A DNA stretch of 61,586 nucleotides, filler included. It is 7 parts of 7 records of this genome, joined end to end, with 100 filler letters (N's around TTAATTAATTAA, not from the genome) between each part and the next. Parts side by side here need not be neighbours in the genome. Positions count along the whole stretch, not along the records: positions 54,779 to 61,586 come from SRR31156797_17378; 6 more parts are not named here. The stretch is one strand, 5' to 3'. The notes beneath the pieces were generated by a model. That model saw only the letters and a list, made by a program, of their open reading frames with translations, had not been told where the DNA came from and searched no databases. Shown piece after piece: positions 60,330 to 61,586 of this stretch. The position numbers and the translations under genes are program-made. The stretch's first letter is position 1, and the number at the start of each line of letters is the position of its first letter.

Positions 60330-61586
60330 ATGAGATTCAAACTGAACTTGATAATATTCATCTCTTTGCTTCTAATCGGGTTTTTAACAACCATTTATAC
60401 GAAGATTAAAATAGCACAAGACCAAAAACTTCTAAAGCAACAAATAGCTTCCTTAGAGTTAACGATAAAAGAAGAATATAAAAATAGATTAAAAGAAAAT
60501 TTAAAAAATACAATAAGTTTTATTGATACACTTTATAAAAGTAGATACAAAGATAAAAAAGAATTTGATGAAAAAGAGTTTACTTCTATAATTCGAAAAT
60601 ATCTTTATAAAAATCTTTTAGACAAAAAAAGGTACATCTGGGTAAATAAAGTGTTTGATTTTAAAGGTGGAGATAATTATGCCATAAGGTTAATTCATCC
60701 AAATCTAAAAGAAACTGAAGGTAGCTTTTTAAGTACTAAAACAGAAGATATAAAAGGTAACTTACCATATTTAGAAGAGTTAGAAGGAATAAATACTAAA
60801 GGTGAAATCTACTTTACTTATTATTTTAAAGAGATAAACAGTAATGAAGTTACAAAGAAACTTTCATATGCAAAATTTTATAAGCCTTTTAATTGGATTT
60901 TAGTTACAGGAATACCTTTAAATGAATTAGACAAAATTATTGCAGATGAAAAGAAAAAGCTTTTAAAATATTGTGAAATAAATCATGATGAGTTGATTGT
61001 TTTTAATATATTTATTTTTTCCATATTTATTATTTTGATTTTATTTTTAAGAAAAGTGATTATTGAATTGATTCTAAAAAATCTTAAGTATTATAAAAAA
61101 TATCAAGAAGCAATAGAAGTAACAGAAGATGGAATTTGGGAATACTATCCAATACCAAATAAGATACATTTCAATAAATCTTGGAAAGAGATGTTAGGTT
61201 ACAAAACAGATGAAATAGAAGATAAAATAACTGCGTGGTACAATTTAATTCACCCAAAAGATAAAGAGTATGTAAAAAAAGAGTTTAAAAAATTTATAGA
61301 TGCAAAAATCGACAAATACAGAGTTGAATATCGCTCTTTATGTAAGGATGGCAGTTATATTTGGGTTTTAAGTAGAGCAAAAATAGTTGAAAAAGATGCT
61401 CATGGTTTTAATACAAAAATCATAGGCATACAAACAAATATAAATATTAGAAAAAATATGGACTTAGAGTTAGAAGAGTATAGAAAAGACTTAGAATCAA
61501 AAGTAAAAGATGAAGCAGAAAACAACAAAAAAAAAGATTTACAGCTTTTAGATCAGTCAAAAATGGCAAGTTTAGGAGAGATGATA
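60330..61586 (+). CDS. Cache-PAS sensor histidine kinase, 3'-truncated at the window end (not in the ORF track)
   Basis: SD AAGGAG, ATG 60330; TM, Cache (RYIWVN...IHPN...D.KG..Y...KKLSY..F..W...TG), TM, PAS (DGIWE...MLGY...IHP.D...KDGSYIW), then QSKMASLGEMI at the HisKA entry. Confidence 0.88.
   Translation, partial: MRFKLNLIIFISLLLIGFLTTIYTKIKIAQDQKLLKQQIASLELTIKEEYKNRLKENLKNTISFIDTLYKSRYKDKKEFDEKEFTSIIRKYLYKNLLDKKRYIWVNKVFDFKGGDNYAIRLIHPNLKETEGSFLSTKTEDIKGNLPYLEELEGINTKGEIYFTYYFKEINSNEVTKKLSYAKFYKPFNWILVTGIPLNELDKIIADEKKKLLKYCEINHDELIVFNIFIFSIFIILILFLRKVIIELILKNLKYYKKYQEAIEVTEDGIWEYYPIPNKIHFNKSWKEMLGYKTDEIEDKITAWYNLIHPKDKEYVKKEFKKFIDAKIDKYRVEYRSLCKDGSYIWVLSRAKIVEKDAHGFNTKIIGIQTNINIRKNMDLELEEYRKDLESKVKDEAENNKKKDLQLLDQSKMASLGEMI

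Noticed and set aside
1..61586. CRISPR arrays, tRNA/rRNA genes, integron attC arrays, genetic-code reassignment
   Set aside because: No regularly spaced direct repeats or tRNA/rRNA signatures were seen by eye, and long genes read normally in the standard bacterial/archaeal code. The many short antisense ORFs in the track are shadows of real genes.

Overview
This window is not one locus. It is seven unrelated contigs joined by artificial 100-nt spacers (N-run, TTAATTAATTAA, N-run) at 22101-22200, 28220-28319, 33684-33783, 40368-40467, 47718-47817 and 54679-54778, so gene context is valid only within a contig. Taxonomic labels below are inferred from gene content and base composition. Contig 1 (1-22100, Desulfobacterota-like) has an IS3 remnant, a c-di-GMP-I riboswitch ahead of a Rap1a-like gene and a glycine-zipper lipoprotein, a non-canonical DAC/DisA_N-domain protein, an Mla/Pqi-type ABC operon, a PruR-like protein plus hybrid kinase, MscS, GDPD, a dead IS200, gldA, arsC and gene debris. 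Contig 2 (AT-rich diderm) has a GT39 glycosyltransferase, a BioF/AOS-fold protein lacking its PLP-binding residues, and two tandem beta-barrel paralogs. Contig 3 (Methanosarcinaceae-like archaeon) has CBS, SPFH, tandem secreted repeat proteins and a hairpin-ended MITE-like element. Contig 4 (Campylobacterota) has an MCP, mgsA, an FNT channel and hydB(partial)CDE. Contigs 5-6 (Fusobacteriota-like) have a second divergent DAC-domain protein, pncB, dtd, a putative orphan immunity cassette and mod/moa genes. Contig 7 (Arcobacter-like) has a Na/Pi transporter, a two-component pair, dgt, a HAD hydrolase and a partial Cache-PAS kinase. The best leads are the AOS pseudoenzyme with GT39, the two atypical DAC proteins, the riboswitch-controlled Rap1a operon, the PruR-like/kinase pair and the immunity cassette. 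Family calls come from motif recognition only; no searches were run.
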